Below the pieces are notes generated by a model. The model had not been told where the DNA came from, made no database searches, and saw only the letters and a program-made list of their open reading frames with translations. A stretch of DNA of 64,000 bases from Candidatus Marinacidobacterium sp. (GTDB taxonomy: Bacteria; Acidobacteriota; Vicinamibacteria; Marinacidobacterales; Marinacidobacteraceae), in assembly GCA_965220965.1 (NCBI GenBank), contig OZ244852.1, positions 1,952,001 to 2,016,000 on the forward strand, given 5' to 3'. Below are positions 19,533-29,513 of this stretch, piece after piece. The position numbers and the translations under genes were made by a program. How positions within the stretch are numbered: position 1 is the stretch's first letter; each line of letters starts with the position of its first letter.

Positions 19533-19658
19533 GTGGCCCTCCGGGCGGAGACAATGAACCGGTAGACGGTACCGGATAGCTGCTTTAGCGTCAATTCGTT
19601 GTGCAGGCCCATCCCGTCTGGCGGTCGGGGCGGAGGCTCCCGGAAACCGCCCGCGTGA

Positions 19659-20408
19659 TCAGGAAGCGGCGCCGGCGACTTCCTCGCGAATCCGGAGCGC
19701 CGCCGCCCGAGGGTCCGGACCCGAGGTGATCGCGCGGCCCACGACGATGTAGTTCGCGCCCCGTCGGGCCGCCTCCGCCGGCGTCGCGACCCGCCGCTGG
19801 TCGTGGGCCGCGGCCGCCCACGCCGGCCGGATTCCCGGGACCAGCAGGACGAAATCGTCGCCGGCGTCCTCCCGGATCGCCTCCGCCTCGTGGGAGGAGG
19901 CGACGACGCCGTCGGCGCCGGCGCTCCTTGCGAGCGCCGCGAGGCGCCGGACCTGTTCGGGGAGCGGCCGGCCGAACACCTCGGCGGCGCCGGCCTGATC
20001 GAGATGCGTCAGCACGGTGACCGCCAGCAGAAGCGGGGAGTCTCCGGCGTCCGCCGCCGCCGTCGCGGCCGCGGTGATCATCGCCCGCCCTCCCGAGGCG
20101 TGGACATCCACGATCGCGGCGCCCGCCGCCGCCCCGGCCCGCACCGCTCCCGCCACGGTGGCCGGGATGTCGTGGAACTTGAGGTCGAGGAACACCTGTC
20201 CCACGGCGGCGAACTCGGTGACCGCGCGAGGGCCGGCCGCGGTGAAGAGCTCCTTGCCCACCTTGAAGAAGGGCGCGGCGCCGGCGAGCCGGTCCCGAAG
20301 CCGAAGGGCGTCGTCCAGCGTCGGCGTGTCCACCGCCACCACGAGTTCCCCCGCGCCGGGGGCGGCGGCCCAGGAGAGGCGGGAGCGCGGGGCCGGATCC
20401 TGCGTCAC
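19659..20408 (-). CDS. pyrF: Orotidine-5'-phosphate decarboxylase
   Basis: FKVGKELF, VFLDLKFHDIPATV, AVTVLTH, PGIRP, DQRRVATP, VVGRAI. Confidence 0.96.
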   Translation of the reverse strand: MTQDPAPRSRLSWAAAPGAGELVVAVDTPTLDDALRLRDRLAGAAPFFKVGKELFTAAGPRAVTEFAAVGQVFLDLKFHDIPATVAGAVRAGAAAGAAIVDVHASGGRAMITAAATAAADAGDSPLLLAVTVLTHLDQAGAAEVFGRPLPEQVRRLAALARSAGADGVVASSHEAEAIREDAGDDFVLLVPGIRPAWAAAAHDQRRVATPAEAARRGANYIVVGRAITSGPDPRAAALRIREEVAGAAS

Positions 20409-21364
20409 GGCCGGACCTCGATCGGAGGAGCGAACGGCGCCATCGCGCCGGTCAGGTCCCGCACCCGGGCGACGTGGTGGCGGCGGCAGTAGTCGGCGAG
20501 GCCGTCGAGCGTTCGGCGCCAGACGCCCGGATCCACGAAGTTCATCGTGCCGATCTGGACCGCGGCGGCGCCGGCGAGCAGGAACTCGACGACATCGTCG
20601 GCCCCGGCGATGCCCCCCATGCCAATCACCGGAAGCCGGGTGGCCTGCGCCGCCTGCCACACCATCCGGACCGCGATCGGGCGCACCGCCGGGCCGGAGA
20701 GCCCGCCGATGATGTTCGCGAGCCGGGGACGCCGCGTCTCCACATCCACCGCCATCGCCGGGATCGTGTTGATGAGCGAGACCGCATCCGCCCCGGCGTC
20801 CTCCATCCGGCGCACCATCGCGCCGATGTCGGGAATGCTGGGGCTCAGCTTCGGAATCACCGGCAGGCGGGTTCCCGCCCGGACGATCTCGATGGCGCGC
20901 CCCGCCATGTCGGGATCGCAGCCGAACTCGATGCCCCCCTCGGACACGTTGGGGCAGGAGATGTTGACCTCGATCCCGCGCACGCCCTCCGCCTGATCCA
21001 GCCGTCGCGCCAACTCGCCGTACTCCGCAAAGGAGCTGCCGCAGATGTTCGCCAGGACGACCTTCCCGAGCGCCCGGATCGCCGGCAGCTTCTCGGCCAG
21101 AAAGCGCTCGATCCCGACTTCCTGGAGTCCGATGGCGTTCAGCATCCCCGACGGGGTCTCCCAGATCCGCGGCGGCGGGCAGCCGTCCCGGGGCGCCAGG
21201 TAGAGGCCCTTCACCGAGACCGCCCCGATCGCGTCGTAGTCGACGACGCCCACGTACTCGTCGCCGTAGCCGAACGTGCCGCTCGCGGCGATGAGCGGCG
21301 TCGGAAGCGAGAGCCCGGCGATCTCGACGCCGAGCTCCACGTCGGAAGACCCGCGCGCCGTCAC
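20405..21364 (-). CDS. pyrD: Dihydroorotate dehydrogenase B catalytic subunit
   Basis: ASGTFGYG, GMLNAIGLQ, EVNISCPNV, KLSP, LINT, GGLSGPAVRP, GMGGI. Confidence 0.96.
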   Translation of the reverse strand: MTARGSSDVELGVEIAGLSLPTPLIAASGTFGYGDEYVGVVDYDAIGAVSVKGLYLAPRDGCPPPRIWETPSGMLNAIGLQEVGIERFLAEKLPAIRALGKVVLANICGSSFAEYGELARRLDQAEGVRGIEVNISCPNVSEGGIEFGCDPDMAGRAIEIVRAGTRLPVIPKLSPSIPDIGAMVRRMEDAGADAVSLINTIPAMAVDVETRRPRLANIIGGLSGPAVRPIAVRMVWQAAQATRLPVIGMGGIAGADDVVEFLLAGAAAVQIGTMNFVDPGVWRRTLDGLADYCRRHHVARVRDLTGAMAPFAPPIEVRP

Positions 21365-22197
21365 AGCGGATGAGGGTCCCGGTCCCAGGCCACGGCGTCG
21401 GCGTCGAAGACCGGACCTTCGGTGCAGCTCCGCAGGTACTCCGGGTCGCCCCCCGGCTCGCGTCGGGCCCAGACGACGCACCCGAGGCAACACCCCATTC
21501 CGCACCCCATCCGCCGTTCGATGGACACCTGGTGCGGGACGCCGGCCTCGCCGGCGAGTTCGGCCGTCCGCAGGAGCATGCCGGTGGGGCCGCAGGAATA
21601 AAGCTGCGGGGCGCCGGCGTCGTCGAGCGCCGCGTCCAGAAGCTCGGTGACGCGCCCGCGATGTCCGAAGCCGCCGTCCTCGGTGGCGCACCGGACATCC
21701 ATCCCCAGCCGTTCGAACTCCTCGCGCAGGTAGAGATCGACGGTTCCCCGACCTCCGAGAAGCACGATCCCCCGGCGGCCGGCGGCGGCGAGCTCGCGGC
21801 AGAACAGCACGAAGGGGGCGATCCCGACGCCGCCGGCCACGATGACCGCCGTTCGCCCGGCCGGCGGAAGCGCGAAGGACGTGCCCAGGGGTCCCAGCGA
21901 GGAAATGACGCCGCCGACCCCGAGCCGCATGAGCGCCCGCGTTCCGACGCCCACCTCCTTGACCAGCAGCGAGAATCCGAAACGCTCGCCCGACTCGTCG
22001 AGGTCGCAGTAGGAATACGGCCGCCGCAGAAGGCCGCCGCCGGCGAGACGCACCATCGCGAACTGTCCCGGAAGCGCCCCGGAAGCGGAGTCGGTCTCGA
22101 ACCAGAGGAGCTGGGCGTCGGCGGATAGCTCGTTCCGGGAGACCAGCCGCGCCTCGACGTCGGCCCGGGGAGGACCGCCGGACCCGATTTCGACCAT
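21361..22197 (-). CDS. pyrK: Dihydroorotate dehydrogenase electron transfer subunit
   Basis: PGQF, LRRPYS, GPLG, AGGVGIAP, CGPTGML, [2Fe-2S] motif MGCGMGCCLGC...CTEGPVF. Confidence 0.93.
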   Translation of the reverse strand: MVEIGSGGPPRADVEARLVSRNELSADAQLLWFETDSASGALPGQFAMVRLAGGGLLRRPYSYCDLDESGERFGFSLLVKEVGVGTRALMRLGVGGVISSLGPLGTSFALPPAGRTAVIVAGGVGIAPFVLFCRELAAAGRRGIVLLGGRGTVDLYLREEFERLGMDVRCATEDGGFGHRGRVTELLDAALDDAGAPQLYSCGPTGMLLRTAELAGEAGVPHQVSIERRMGCGMGCCLGCVVWARREPGGDPEYLRSCTEGPVFDADAVAWDRDPHPL

Positions 22198-22199
22198 CC

Positions 22200-23777
22200 T
22201 CAGGCGTCCGCCGCGGTCACCCGGTCGGCCTCGGCGAGCGTGGTCCGTCCGGCGGCGACGAGCTCGAGCGCGCGCCGGCGGATCGGGACCATCCCTTCGC
22301 GCTCGGCCGCGTCCCGGATCTCCGAAGCCGGGCGCCGGGCGAGGATCGCCTCGCGCAGCGCCGGCGTGAGCGCGAGAACCTCGGCCACTGCGGTCCGGCC
22401 GCGGAAACCGGCGCCGTCGCAGCGGCGGCAGCCCCCCGGGCGGAAGACCCGTTCCGGCGGGGAGTCAAGAACCGCGAGCGCTTCGACTTCCGCCGCATCG
22501 GGGTCCGATTCCTGGCGGCAGCTGGCGCAGAGCAGCCGGACGAGGCGCTGGGCGGCGATCAGGTGGAGCGCCGAGACGAAGTTGTGGGGGTCCACGCCCA
22601 TGTGGAGGAAGCGGCCGATCACGTCGAGGCTGTGGTTGGCGTGAACCGTGGTCAGGACGAGGTGTCCGGTCAGCGCCGCCTGGACCGCGATGGCGGCCGT
22701 CTCGGGGTCCCGCACCTCTCCGACCATGATCGTGTCCGGGTCGTGGCGCAGGATGGAGCGCAGCCCGCGGGCGAAGGTGAGGCCCTTCTTCTCGTTCACC
22801 GGGACCTGGGTCACGCCGGCGATCTCGTACTCGACCGGGTCCTCGACGGTGACGATCTTCTCCTCCGGCGTCGCGATCTCGGAGAGCGCGGCGTAGAGCG
22901 TCGTGGTCTTGCCGCTCCCGGTGGGCCCGGTTACGAGGAGCATGCCGAAGGGCCGGCGCACGTGCTCGCGGAGCAGACGCAGGCTGCGCCCCGAGAAGCC
23001 GAGCGCCTCGAGCGAGAGGGCCGAGAAGCGCGACCCGAGCCGCGCCTTGTCGAGCACCCGGACCACGACGTCCTCGCCGTGGACGCTGGGCATGACGGAC
23101 ACCCGGAAGTCGACGGTCCGCTGCCCCCGCTCGCCGTCGGGGACCGCCGCCCGGAAGCGTCCGTCCTGGGGCACCCGCCGCTCGGCCACATCGAGCTCCG
23201 CCATGACCTTGATGCGGGCCACGATGGTCTGGTGGTGGATCGCATCCACCGGCGCCATCGCCGGATAGAGCACGCCGTCAACCCGGTACTTGAGGACGAC
23301 GCGGGTGGCCTTGGTCTCGATGTGGATGTCGGTGGCGCGCCGCTCGATGGCGTTCACCAGCAGCGAGTCCACGAGCCGGACCACCGGGCTGCCGCCCGCT
23401 CCCTGCCCGGCGTCGAGCGAGATCAACGGAGCGCCGCCGCCCCCGTCGTCGCGACCGAGCAGTTCGATCCGCAGATCCTCGGAGGCGCGGTCGAGCAGGA
23501 AGCTCGAGTTCGTGTTCCGCTCGATGATCTCGGCGATCCGGGAGCGGTCCCCGACGCGCACGACGAGCGGACGCCGGAGCAGCATTTCGAGGCGGTCGAC
23601 CTCGTCCTCGACCACCGGGGCGGCGAGCGCCACTTCGAGCCGCTCCCCGTCCTCGCGAAGCGGCACGAACCGGAACCGCCGGACCAGCTCCATCGGGACG
23701 CTCCGCCAGAGCGCGGCGTCGTCCCGGTATCCCGCGAGGTCCATCGCCTCGTAGAGGTCGGGGGACTCGGGGGCCAA
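22200..23777 (-). CDS. GspE/PilB family secretion or pilus ATPase
   Basis: ATDIHIE, ERRVPQDGR, GPTGSGKTTTLY, TVEDPVEY, LRHDPDTIMVGEVRD, TGHLVLTTVH, two CxxC. Confidence 0.93.
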   Translation of the reverse strand: MAPESPDLYEAMDLAGYRDDAALWRSVPMELVRRFRFVPLREDGERLEVALAAPVVEDEVDRLEMLLRRPLVVRVGDRSRIAEIIERNTNSSFLLDRASEDLRIELLGRDDGGGGAPLISLDAGQGAGGSPVVRLVDSLLVNAIERRATDIHIETKATRVVLKYRVDGVLYPAMAPVDAIHHQTIVARIKVMAELDVAERRVPQDGRFRAAVPDGERGQRTVDFRVSVMPSVHGEDVVVRVLDKARLGSRFSALSLEALGFSGRSLRLLREHVRRPFGMLLVTGPTGSGKTTTLYAALSEIATPEEKIVTVEDPVEYEIAGVTQVPVNEKKGLTFARGLRSILRHDPDTIMVGEVRDPETAAIAVQAALTGHLVLTTVHANHSLDVIGRFLHMGVDPHNFVSALHLIAAQRLVRLLCASCRQESDPDAAEVEALAVLDSPPERVFRPGGCRRCDGAGFRGRTAVAEVLALTPALREAILARRPASEIRDAAEREGMVPIRRRALELVAAGRTTLAEADRVTAADA

Positions 23778-23846
23778 CTCAGACCTCAGGGGCGGCGGAC
23801 GAGACCCGCCGCCCGCCGAGGTGAGGTCCGGCGAACGGCGGACGGA

Positions 23847-24122
23847 TCAGCCGCAGCAGTCGGCCTGGAACGGGCGCGAGACCTTGCATCGCACCACTTT
23901 CCGCGCCGGGATGCGGATCGACTCTCCGGTCTGGACGTTCCGTCCCAGGCGGGCCTTGCGCTCGACGACGCTGAACTTTCCGAACCCCGGCACGGTGAAG
24001 TCGTCGCCTGCGCTGAGCGCTTCCACGGCGAGGTCACGCAGTCCGTCGAGGACATCCTTCCCCTGCTGCTTCGTGATTCCGGCGTGGTCCGCGAGGCACG
24101 CAACGAGTTCTGTCTTGGTCAT
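23847..24122 (-). CDS. hup: HU family DNA-binding protein
   Basis: MTKTELV, PGFGKF, RKARLGRNVQTGESIRIPA. Confidence 0.9.
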   Translation of the reverse strand: MTKTELVACLADHAGITKQQGKDVLDGLRDLAVEALSAGDDFTVPGFGKFSVVERKARLGRNVQTGESIRIPARKVVRCKVSRPFQADCCG

Positions 24123-24236
24123 TGCCGATTCGTCCGTTCCGCCCGGCGACGCCGGGGCGCTGATGATGGAGCCGTTCGGCCCCGGAAAACGCAAAAAACT
24201 ACCACAGGAGGCGGGCGCCGCAATCCGGCCCCGACC

Positions 24237-27200
24237 TCAGAAACCGAGGAGCTGATCCAGCGTCGCGAGCCGCCCGTTCCACACCACCGCGCGGACCCGG
24301 CGCAGGTTCGAAATGTCCTCGAGAGGATCCCCTTCGAGCAGCACCAGGTCGGCGAGCGCCCCGGGCGCCACCACGCCCAGCTCGCCCTCGAGGCCAAGCG
24401 CTTCGGCGGCCCCCACGGTAGCCGTCCGGATGGCGCCCGCGGGGCCGAGGCCGGCTTCGGAGAGCTGTTCCACCTCGATCACCAGACTTAGGCCGTAGGG
24501 AATGATCGGGGTGTCCGTCCCCGCCACGATCCGGCCCCCGGCGGCCGCCACCGACGCCACCGTGTCCCACATCGGCCGCAGCAGGGCGAGCCGCTCCTCC
24601 GGGTCGGCCGTCGGCGCCGGACCCGAAGTGAGCCGCTCGGTGATCCACGCCGGGAACGCGAGGAGGCGACGGTCGTCCATCAGCAACCGAGGCTCGCGGG
24701 CGAGCGCCAGATCCCATCCGCCGTAGATCAGCAGGGTCGGCGCGAAGTAAATCCCGGACTCGGCGAGGAGGGACCGCACGTCGCCGTAGGACCGGCCGAG
24801 ATCGGTCACCTTGGGGGAGTAACCCCGCCGAGACGTGCCCTTGATGTGCTCGACCCCATCGATTCCGAACCGGGCCGCCGGATACAGCTCGTGGGAGGAG
24901 ACGAACGCCCCGAGCGCCTGGGCCTCGCGGATCGCCTCGCGCTGGGTCTCGTCGTTCAGCCGCACGTAGGTCTTGACGACGTCGAATTCGAGTTCGCGCG
25001 CCTGCTGCAGCACGGAGTCCAGAACCCGGCCGCTGGTCCCGGCGTTGGCCCCCGGGTAGTAGATCCGGGTCCCGTCGATCACCGCCCCGCTGAGGAACAC
25101 CCGAGGCCCGACGCGGCGCCCGGCGAGGATGGACTCGCGCTCCTCCAGCACCCGGTAGGTGGACGCCGCCATGACGCGCACCGTGGTGACTCCGTAGACC
25201 AGGTGCGTCCGCCCGAAGCGGCCGCCGAAGGCGGGGCCCATCGGGTGGGTGTGCATCTCGATCAGGCCCGGCATGAGGACCGCGCCCTGTCCGCGGACGA
25301 GCCGGATGTCCTCGGACGGCTCGGCGCCCGTCGGTTCGACGGAGACGATCCGGCCGGCCTCCACCAGCACGTCCATCCCGGGCCGCGCCTCGCCGGCCTC
25401 GACATCGAGCACCCGGATGTCCTGGAAGAGGATCTGGCCCGAGGGACGGGACGCCTCGAACGAGTGCCGGAGGCGGATCGTCTCCGGGTCTCCTCCCCCG
25501 AGCGGAACGCGGAGGAGCTCCCCCGCCGAGAGGAACGTCAGCGACTCCGAGTCGGGCGCCCACGCCGGGAAGTCCACGGCCCCCTCGAAGAGCGTGCGGA
25601 GGGGTCCGGACGGCGAACCGTTGGCGTCGACCGGCAGGACGGCGAGGCCGCCGTCATGGGCGAACGCGAGGCTTCCCCCGTCCGGGGAGAACACCGGGCC
25701 GTCCCCGTCGCGCGTCCCGAAGCTGGCCGCCGGCTCCTCGATCAGCCGCGCCTCGCCGCTCGAGGCGGCGACCAGCGCGATCCGGTTCCGGCCTTCGCGG
25801 AACCTCGACGACCACGGCGCCAGGACCGAAACGGCGAGGGTGGTCCCGTCCGGCGACCAGCTCGGGGTCCCCAGCCCGCGATGCCCGGGGAACAGCGGGT
25901 CGTCCGAGGCGCCGACAGCGAGGCCCGGGCGCGCGTCGGCGGCCCGCTCGGTGACGTGCAGGTTCCCCTGTTCGTCGAGCCAGGCCAGCCGGGATCCGTC
26001 AGGCGACACCGACGGGCTCGTCTCGGCGCCGAAGCGCGCCGTCAACTGGACCATCCCCGCCCCCGGACCGGACCCGAGGCGCTTCTCCCAGATATCCATC
26101 GTCCCGCCCCGGTCGCTCGCGAAGACGATGCCCTGGCCATCGGGAAGCCACACCGGATCGGTGTCGAGCCAGTCGTCGCGGGTCTGGGGCGACGGGGCCT
26201 CGGATCCGTCGAGCGGCGCGGTCCAGATGTCGCCGAGCGCCGCGTAGACGAGCCGGGATCCATCCGGGCTGAGACTCGGCCGCACGATGCCGCGGACCGG
26301 GATGTCGCCCTCCAGCGCGGTCCGGATCTTCCCGGTCCGCACCGGCGGGCGCCGGACGCGGAACTCGACCGACATCGGCACCGTCAGCGGCGCCCCGGCG
26401 TCGACCCCGCCTTCCGCCTCCGGCGAACCCTCGGACAGCGCGAGACGGCGGATCTTCCCGTCCGCGGTGTAGACGATGTCCTCGCCGCTCCACTGCGGAC
26501 GGAACGGGAAGATGTCCTCCCCGGCCGCCGCCAGGATCCGCGGCGCCGCGGCGTCTTCGCCGGTCGCCAGGGAGACAGCGACCAGCTCGCTGGCGCTCCC
26601 CATGTCGAAGCGCGTCCCCATCAGGGTGAGGCCCTCGTAGTGGAGCCGCCGGAACACCAGCCGGGCGCCATCCGGGCTCACCGACGGAGCGGCGACCATC
26701 CCGGCGGTTCCGGGGACCGGGACGGGCGCCGCGCCATCCGCGAGCGCGAGATGGTGGACGGCCCCCTCGGCCTCCCCCTCCGGAACGGCCACGTAGACGA
26801 GCCCCTCCGGCGCTCCGTCGGCGCCGGGGACCCACGCCGGCTGGGACTCGTTGCCCAGCGAGCTTGTCACCTGCTCGACGCCCCCCGTCTCCCGGTCGAG
26901 GATCCAGATGTCGTAGGTTCCTCCGCGGTCCGACGCGAATGCGATCCGGGTTCCGTCGGGGGACCACGCGGGCTCCCGGTCGTCGAAGACGGTCCCGGTC
27001 AGCGCCGCCGGTTCGCCCCCGTCGAGCGGAACTTCCCACAGATCCCAGGTCCCGGCCCGGTAGCCCTGGACGACGACCCGGTCACCGTCCGGGTGGAAGT
27101 CGGGCAGACGCTCATCCCCGAGCCCGTCGGTGAGGGCCTCCGCGGTTCCGCCGGCGGCCGGCAGCCGCCAGAGCGTTCCCTGCAGGTCCAGAACGAGGGT

Positions 27201-27350
27201 CTCGCCATCGGGGGACACCGCGACCGCGAAGCTCGTCCCTTCCTCGACCCGCACGGGCCGTTCCGCCTCCTGCCCGATCGCCGGAAGCGCCGCGAGGAGG
27301 ACCACCGCGAGGAGGCCCGCAACCCTCCGGATCAGGGAAGACCGACACAT
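24237..27350 (-). CDS. Secreted TolB-like (PD40 beta-propeller) protein fused to an amidohydrolase domain
   Basis: Signal peptide; many SPDG/WSPDG repeats; MPGLIEMHTH, VEH, AGTDTP, GALADLVLLEGDPL. Confidence 0.9.
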   Translation of the reverse strand: MCRSSLIRRVAGLLAVVLLAALPAIGQEAERPVRVEEGTSFAVAVSPDGETLVLDLQGTLWRLPAAGGTAEALTDGLGDERLPDFHPDGDRVVVQGYRAGTWDLWEVPLDGGEPAALTGTVFDDREPAWSPDGTRIAFASDRGGTYDIWILDRETGGVEQVTSSLGNESQPAWVPGADGAPEGLVYVAVPEGEAEGAVHHLALADGAAPVPVPGTAGMVAAPSVSPDGARLVFRRLHYEGLTLMGTRFDMGSASELVAVSLATGEDAAAPRILAAAGEDIFPFRPQWSGEDIVYTADGKIRRLALSEGSPEAEGGVDAGAPLTVPMSVEFRVRRPPVRTGKIRTALEGDIPVRGIVRPSLSPDGSRLVYAALGDIWTAPLDGSEAPSPQTRDDWLDTDPVWLPDGQGIVFASDRGGTMDIWEKRLGSGPGAGMVQLTARFGAETSPSVSPDGSRLAWLDEQGNLHVTERAADARPGLAVGASDDPLFPGHRGLGTPSWSPDGTTLAVSVLAPWSSRFREGRNRIALVAASSGEARLIEEPAASFGTRDGDGPVFSPDGGSLAFAHDGGLAVLPVDANGSPSGPLRTLFEGAVDFPAWAPDSESLTFLSAGELLRVPLGGGDPETIRLRHSFEASRPSGQILFQDIRVLDVEAGEARPGMDVLVEAGRIVSVEPTGAEPSEDIRLVRGQGAVLMPGLIEMHTHPMGPAFGGRFGRTHLVYGVTTVRVMAASTYRVLEERESILAGRRVGPRVFLSGAVIDGTRIYYPGANAGTSGRVLDSVLQQARELEFDVVKTYVRLNDETQREAIREAQALGAFVSSHELYPAARFGIDGVEHIKGTSRRGYSPKVTDLGRSYGDVRSLLAESGIYFAPTLLIYGGWDLALAREPRLLMDDRRLLAFPAWITERLTSGPAPTADPEERLALLRPMWDTVASVAAAGGRIVAGTDTPIIPYGLSLVIEVEQLSEAGLGPAGAIRTATVGAAEALGLEGELGVVAPGALADLVLLEGDPLEDISNLRRVRAVVWNGRLATLDQLLGF

Positions 27351-27407
27351 GCCGCCGATCCTAAACGAAGCCGGAGCGGCCGGGTTCCCGGATATGTTCT
27401 CTCCGCC

Positions 27408-28610
27408 ATGCCGTCCCGCTCCCGCCTCCATGCCCTGTTCGCCGTCGCCGGGGTCGCGGCGAGCCTGCTCCTCGGCGCCTGCGCGCCCGACCCGCAAACC
27501 CCGGCCCCGTCCACGCCGTCCGAGGCGGCGGCGGCCGCCGCCAGCGAGGCGCGGGGGGTCATCGAGGCGGACGGACGCGGCGGCGCCGCGTTCGGCGTGT
27601 TCCTCGGGGGCCAGCCGCTGGTCGCCGAGGGGTTCGGGTTCGCAGACGAGGCGCGAATGGTTCCGGTCATGGCGGGCCACCTGTTCCGGATCGGCTCGAT
27701 CACCAAGCCGGTGACCGCGATGGCCATGCTGCGGCTCGTCCACGAGGGAAGAGCGCGGCTGGGGGATCCGGTGGCTTCGCTGGTCCCCGAGCTGAGCCAG
27801 GTCTCCAACCCGTTCGCGCACACCCCGGGACCGACGCTCTTCCAGTTGGCCACCATGACGGGCGGGCTGGCGCGCGAGCCGGCGAATCTTCCCGACTATC
27901 TGGTCGGATCCCCCGAGGCGTGGAAGGAGGTGGCCTTCCGGGCGCTCCGGGAGACGTCCTTCGAATACGAGCCCGGAACCCGCTACCAGTACTCGAACAT
28001 CGGCTACGCGGTGCTCGGGGCGGCCGTCGAGCAGGCCGCCGGGGAGCCGTTCCTGCGCTACGTCGCCGACGAGCTTCTCGGGCCGCTGGGCATGGAGTCC
28101 ACCGTGTTCTTCCCGACGGCGGTGGTGGAGGACCGGATTGCGGAAGGCGCTTCGGTCGTCGAGGATGGCCTCGACTTCGAGCAGCCCGCGCGCGAGCACG
28201 AAGGCCGCGGCTACAAGGTCCCGAACGGGGCGCTCTATTCGACGGCTGCCGACCTCGATCGTTTCCTGCGGTTCCTCACCGGCGCTGAAGGCGAGCCGTT
28301 CGATGGCGTCATCCCCTCCGAAGTGCGCCTGGACAACCTCACCCGGGCGTTCGCCGCCGGGGATCTATCGAGCGGCTACGGCTTCGGCTTCATGACGCGG
28401 AGGCTCGAGGACGCGGACGGCGCCCCGTTCACCGCCTACGGCCATGGCGGCAGCGTCGCCGGCTACCGGGCGGCGGCGTGGATCGAGCCCGAATCGGGCG
28501 TGTCGGCGGTGGTCCTGCGCAACGTGGGCGGCGACGGGATCTCGCTCGCCGACCTCGCCGCCTCGGCGCTCTCGAGGGTCGTGGCCGCGGCCCGCGCGAA
28601 GGATCGGTAG
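27408..28610 (+). CDS. Serine hydrolase (beta-lactamase/class C-like) lipoprotein
   Basis: Lipobox LLGAC; FRIGSITK (SxxK), YSNIGY, HGGS. Confidence 0.88.
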   Translation: MPSRSRLHALFAVAGVAASLLLGACAPDPQTPAPSTPSEAAAAAASEARGVIEADGRGGAAFGVFLGGQPLVAEGFGFADEARMVPVMAGHLFRIGSITKPVTAMAMLRLVHEGRARLGDPVASLVPELSQVSNPFAHTPGPTLFQLATMTGGLAREPANLPDYLVGSPEAWKEVAFRALRETSFEYEPGTRYQYSNIGYAVLGAAVEQAAGEPFLRYVADELLGPLGMESTVFFPTAVVEDRIAEGASVVEDGLDFEQPAREHEGRGYKVPNGALYSTAADLDRFLRFLTGAEGEPFDGVIPSEVRLDNLTRAFAAGDLSSGYGFGFMTRRLEDADGAPFTAYGHGGSVAGYRAAAWIEPESGVSAVVLRNVGGDGISLADLAASALSRVVAAARAKDR

Positions 28611-28613
28611 CCC

Positions 28614-29513
28614 TCAGTCCCGGGGCAGCGGGGCGAGACCCGCCTCCGCCAACCGCAGCACGCGGCGCGCCTGGCGCCGATGCAGCTCCTCGATGAGCTC
28701 GCCGTCGAGTTCCGCGACGCTCTCCCCCCGGGCCTCGGCGGCCGCAACGACGCGGACGACGGCTTCCGCCCAGGCCCGCTGCTCGGGCGACGGCGCGAAG
28801 GCTTCGTGGATCCCCCGGATCTGCGATGGATGGACTGCGGACTTCCCGTCGAACCCGAGGGCGAACGCCCCCCGGGCGCTTCGCCGCAGGCCTTCGGGAT
28901 CGCGGAACCGGAACCAGGGAGCGTCCCAGACCCCGATCCCGGCGGCGCGGGCGGCGAGCACGAGGCGGGCGCGCGTGAAGGCGAGTTCCGACTCGTCGGC
29001 GGAAACGCTGGCGCCGAGGCTCAGCCGGTAGTCGGCGGAGCCGAAGACGAGCCCTTGGACCTCGGGCCCGGCCGCGAGATCGAAGACGCCCGCCGCCCCC
29101 CGCGCGGTCTCGACCATCAGCCAGAGCGGCGGCCCTCCTGCGAGCGCGCCGCGGGCGGCCTGAACAACGGCGACCGATTCAACCTTGGGGAGCAGCACCG
29201 CATCGAGCTCCAACCCGCGGACCGCTTCAAGGTCCCGTTCTCCCTCCGGCGTGTCCGGCGGGTTCACCCGGACCACCACCCGCGAGTCCCCGGACGCGGC
29301 CCGCTCCACCGAGCGCGCGAGGCCCTCCCGCGCCGCCTCCTTGTGTCCCGGGTGGACGCCGTCCTCGAGGTCGAGCACCACGACATCGGCCCCTCGCGTC
29401 CCCGCCTTGTCCACCATCCGGCGGTTCGACGCCGGGACGTAGAGCAGCGAGCGCGGACGCAGCTTCGGAACCGGCGGAACCGCCCGCGAAGAGGCGTCGT
29501 TAGGGGGAGTCAT
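28614..29513 (-). CDS. CitE/HpcH-family CoA ester lyase
   Basis: RSLLYVP, LDLEDGV, VRVN, LPKVES, MVETARG, GFDGKSAVHPSQI. Confidence 0.9.
   Translation of the reverse strand: MTPPNDASSRAVPPVPKLRPRSLLYVPASNRRMVDKAGTRGADVVVLDLEDGVHPGHKEAAREGLARSVERAASGDSRVVVRVNPPDTPEGERDLEAVRGLELDAVLLPKVESVAVVQAARGALAGGPPLWLMVETARGAAGVFDLAAGPEVQGLVFGSADYRLSLGASVSADESELAFTRARLVLAARAAGIGVWDAPWFRFRDPEGLRRSARGAFALGFDGKSAVHPSQIRGIHEAFAPSPEQRAWAEAVVRVVAAAEARGESVAELDGELIEELHRRQARRVLRLAEAGLAPLPRD

Noticed and set aside
24237-28610. Apparent 1320-aa and 1254-aa giant overlapping proteins
   Set aside because: Each is a real gene extended through the antisense frame of its divergent neighbour; real starts are 27350 and 27408
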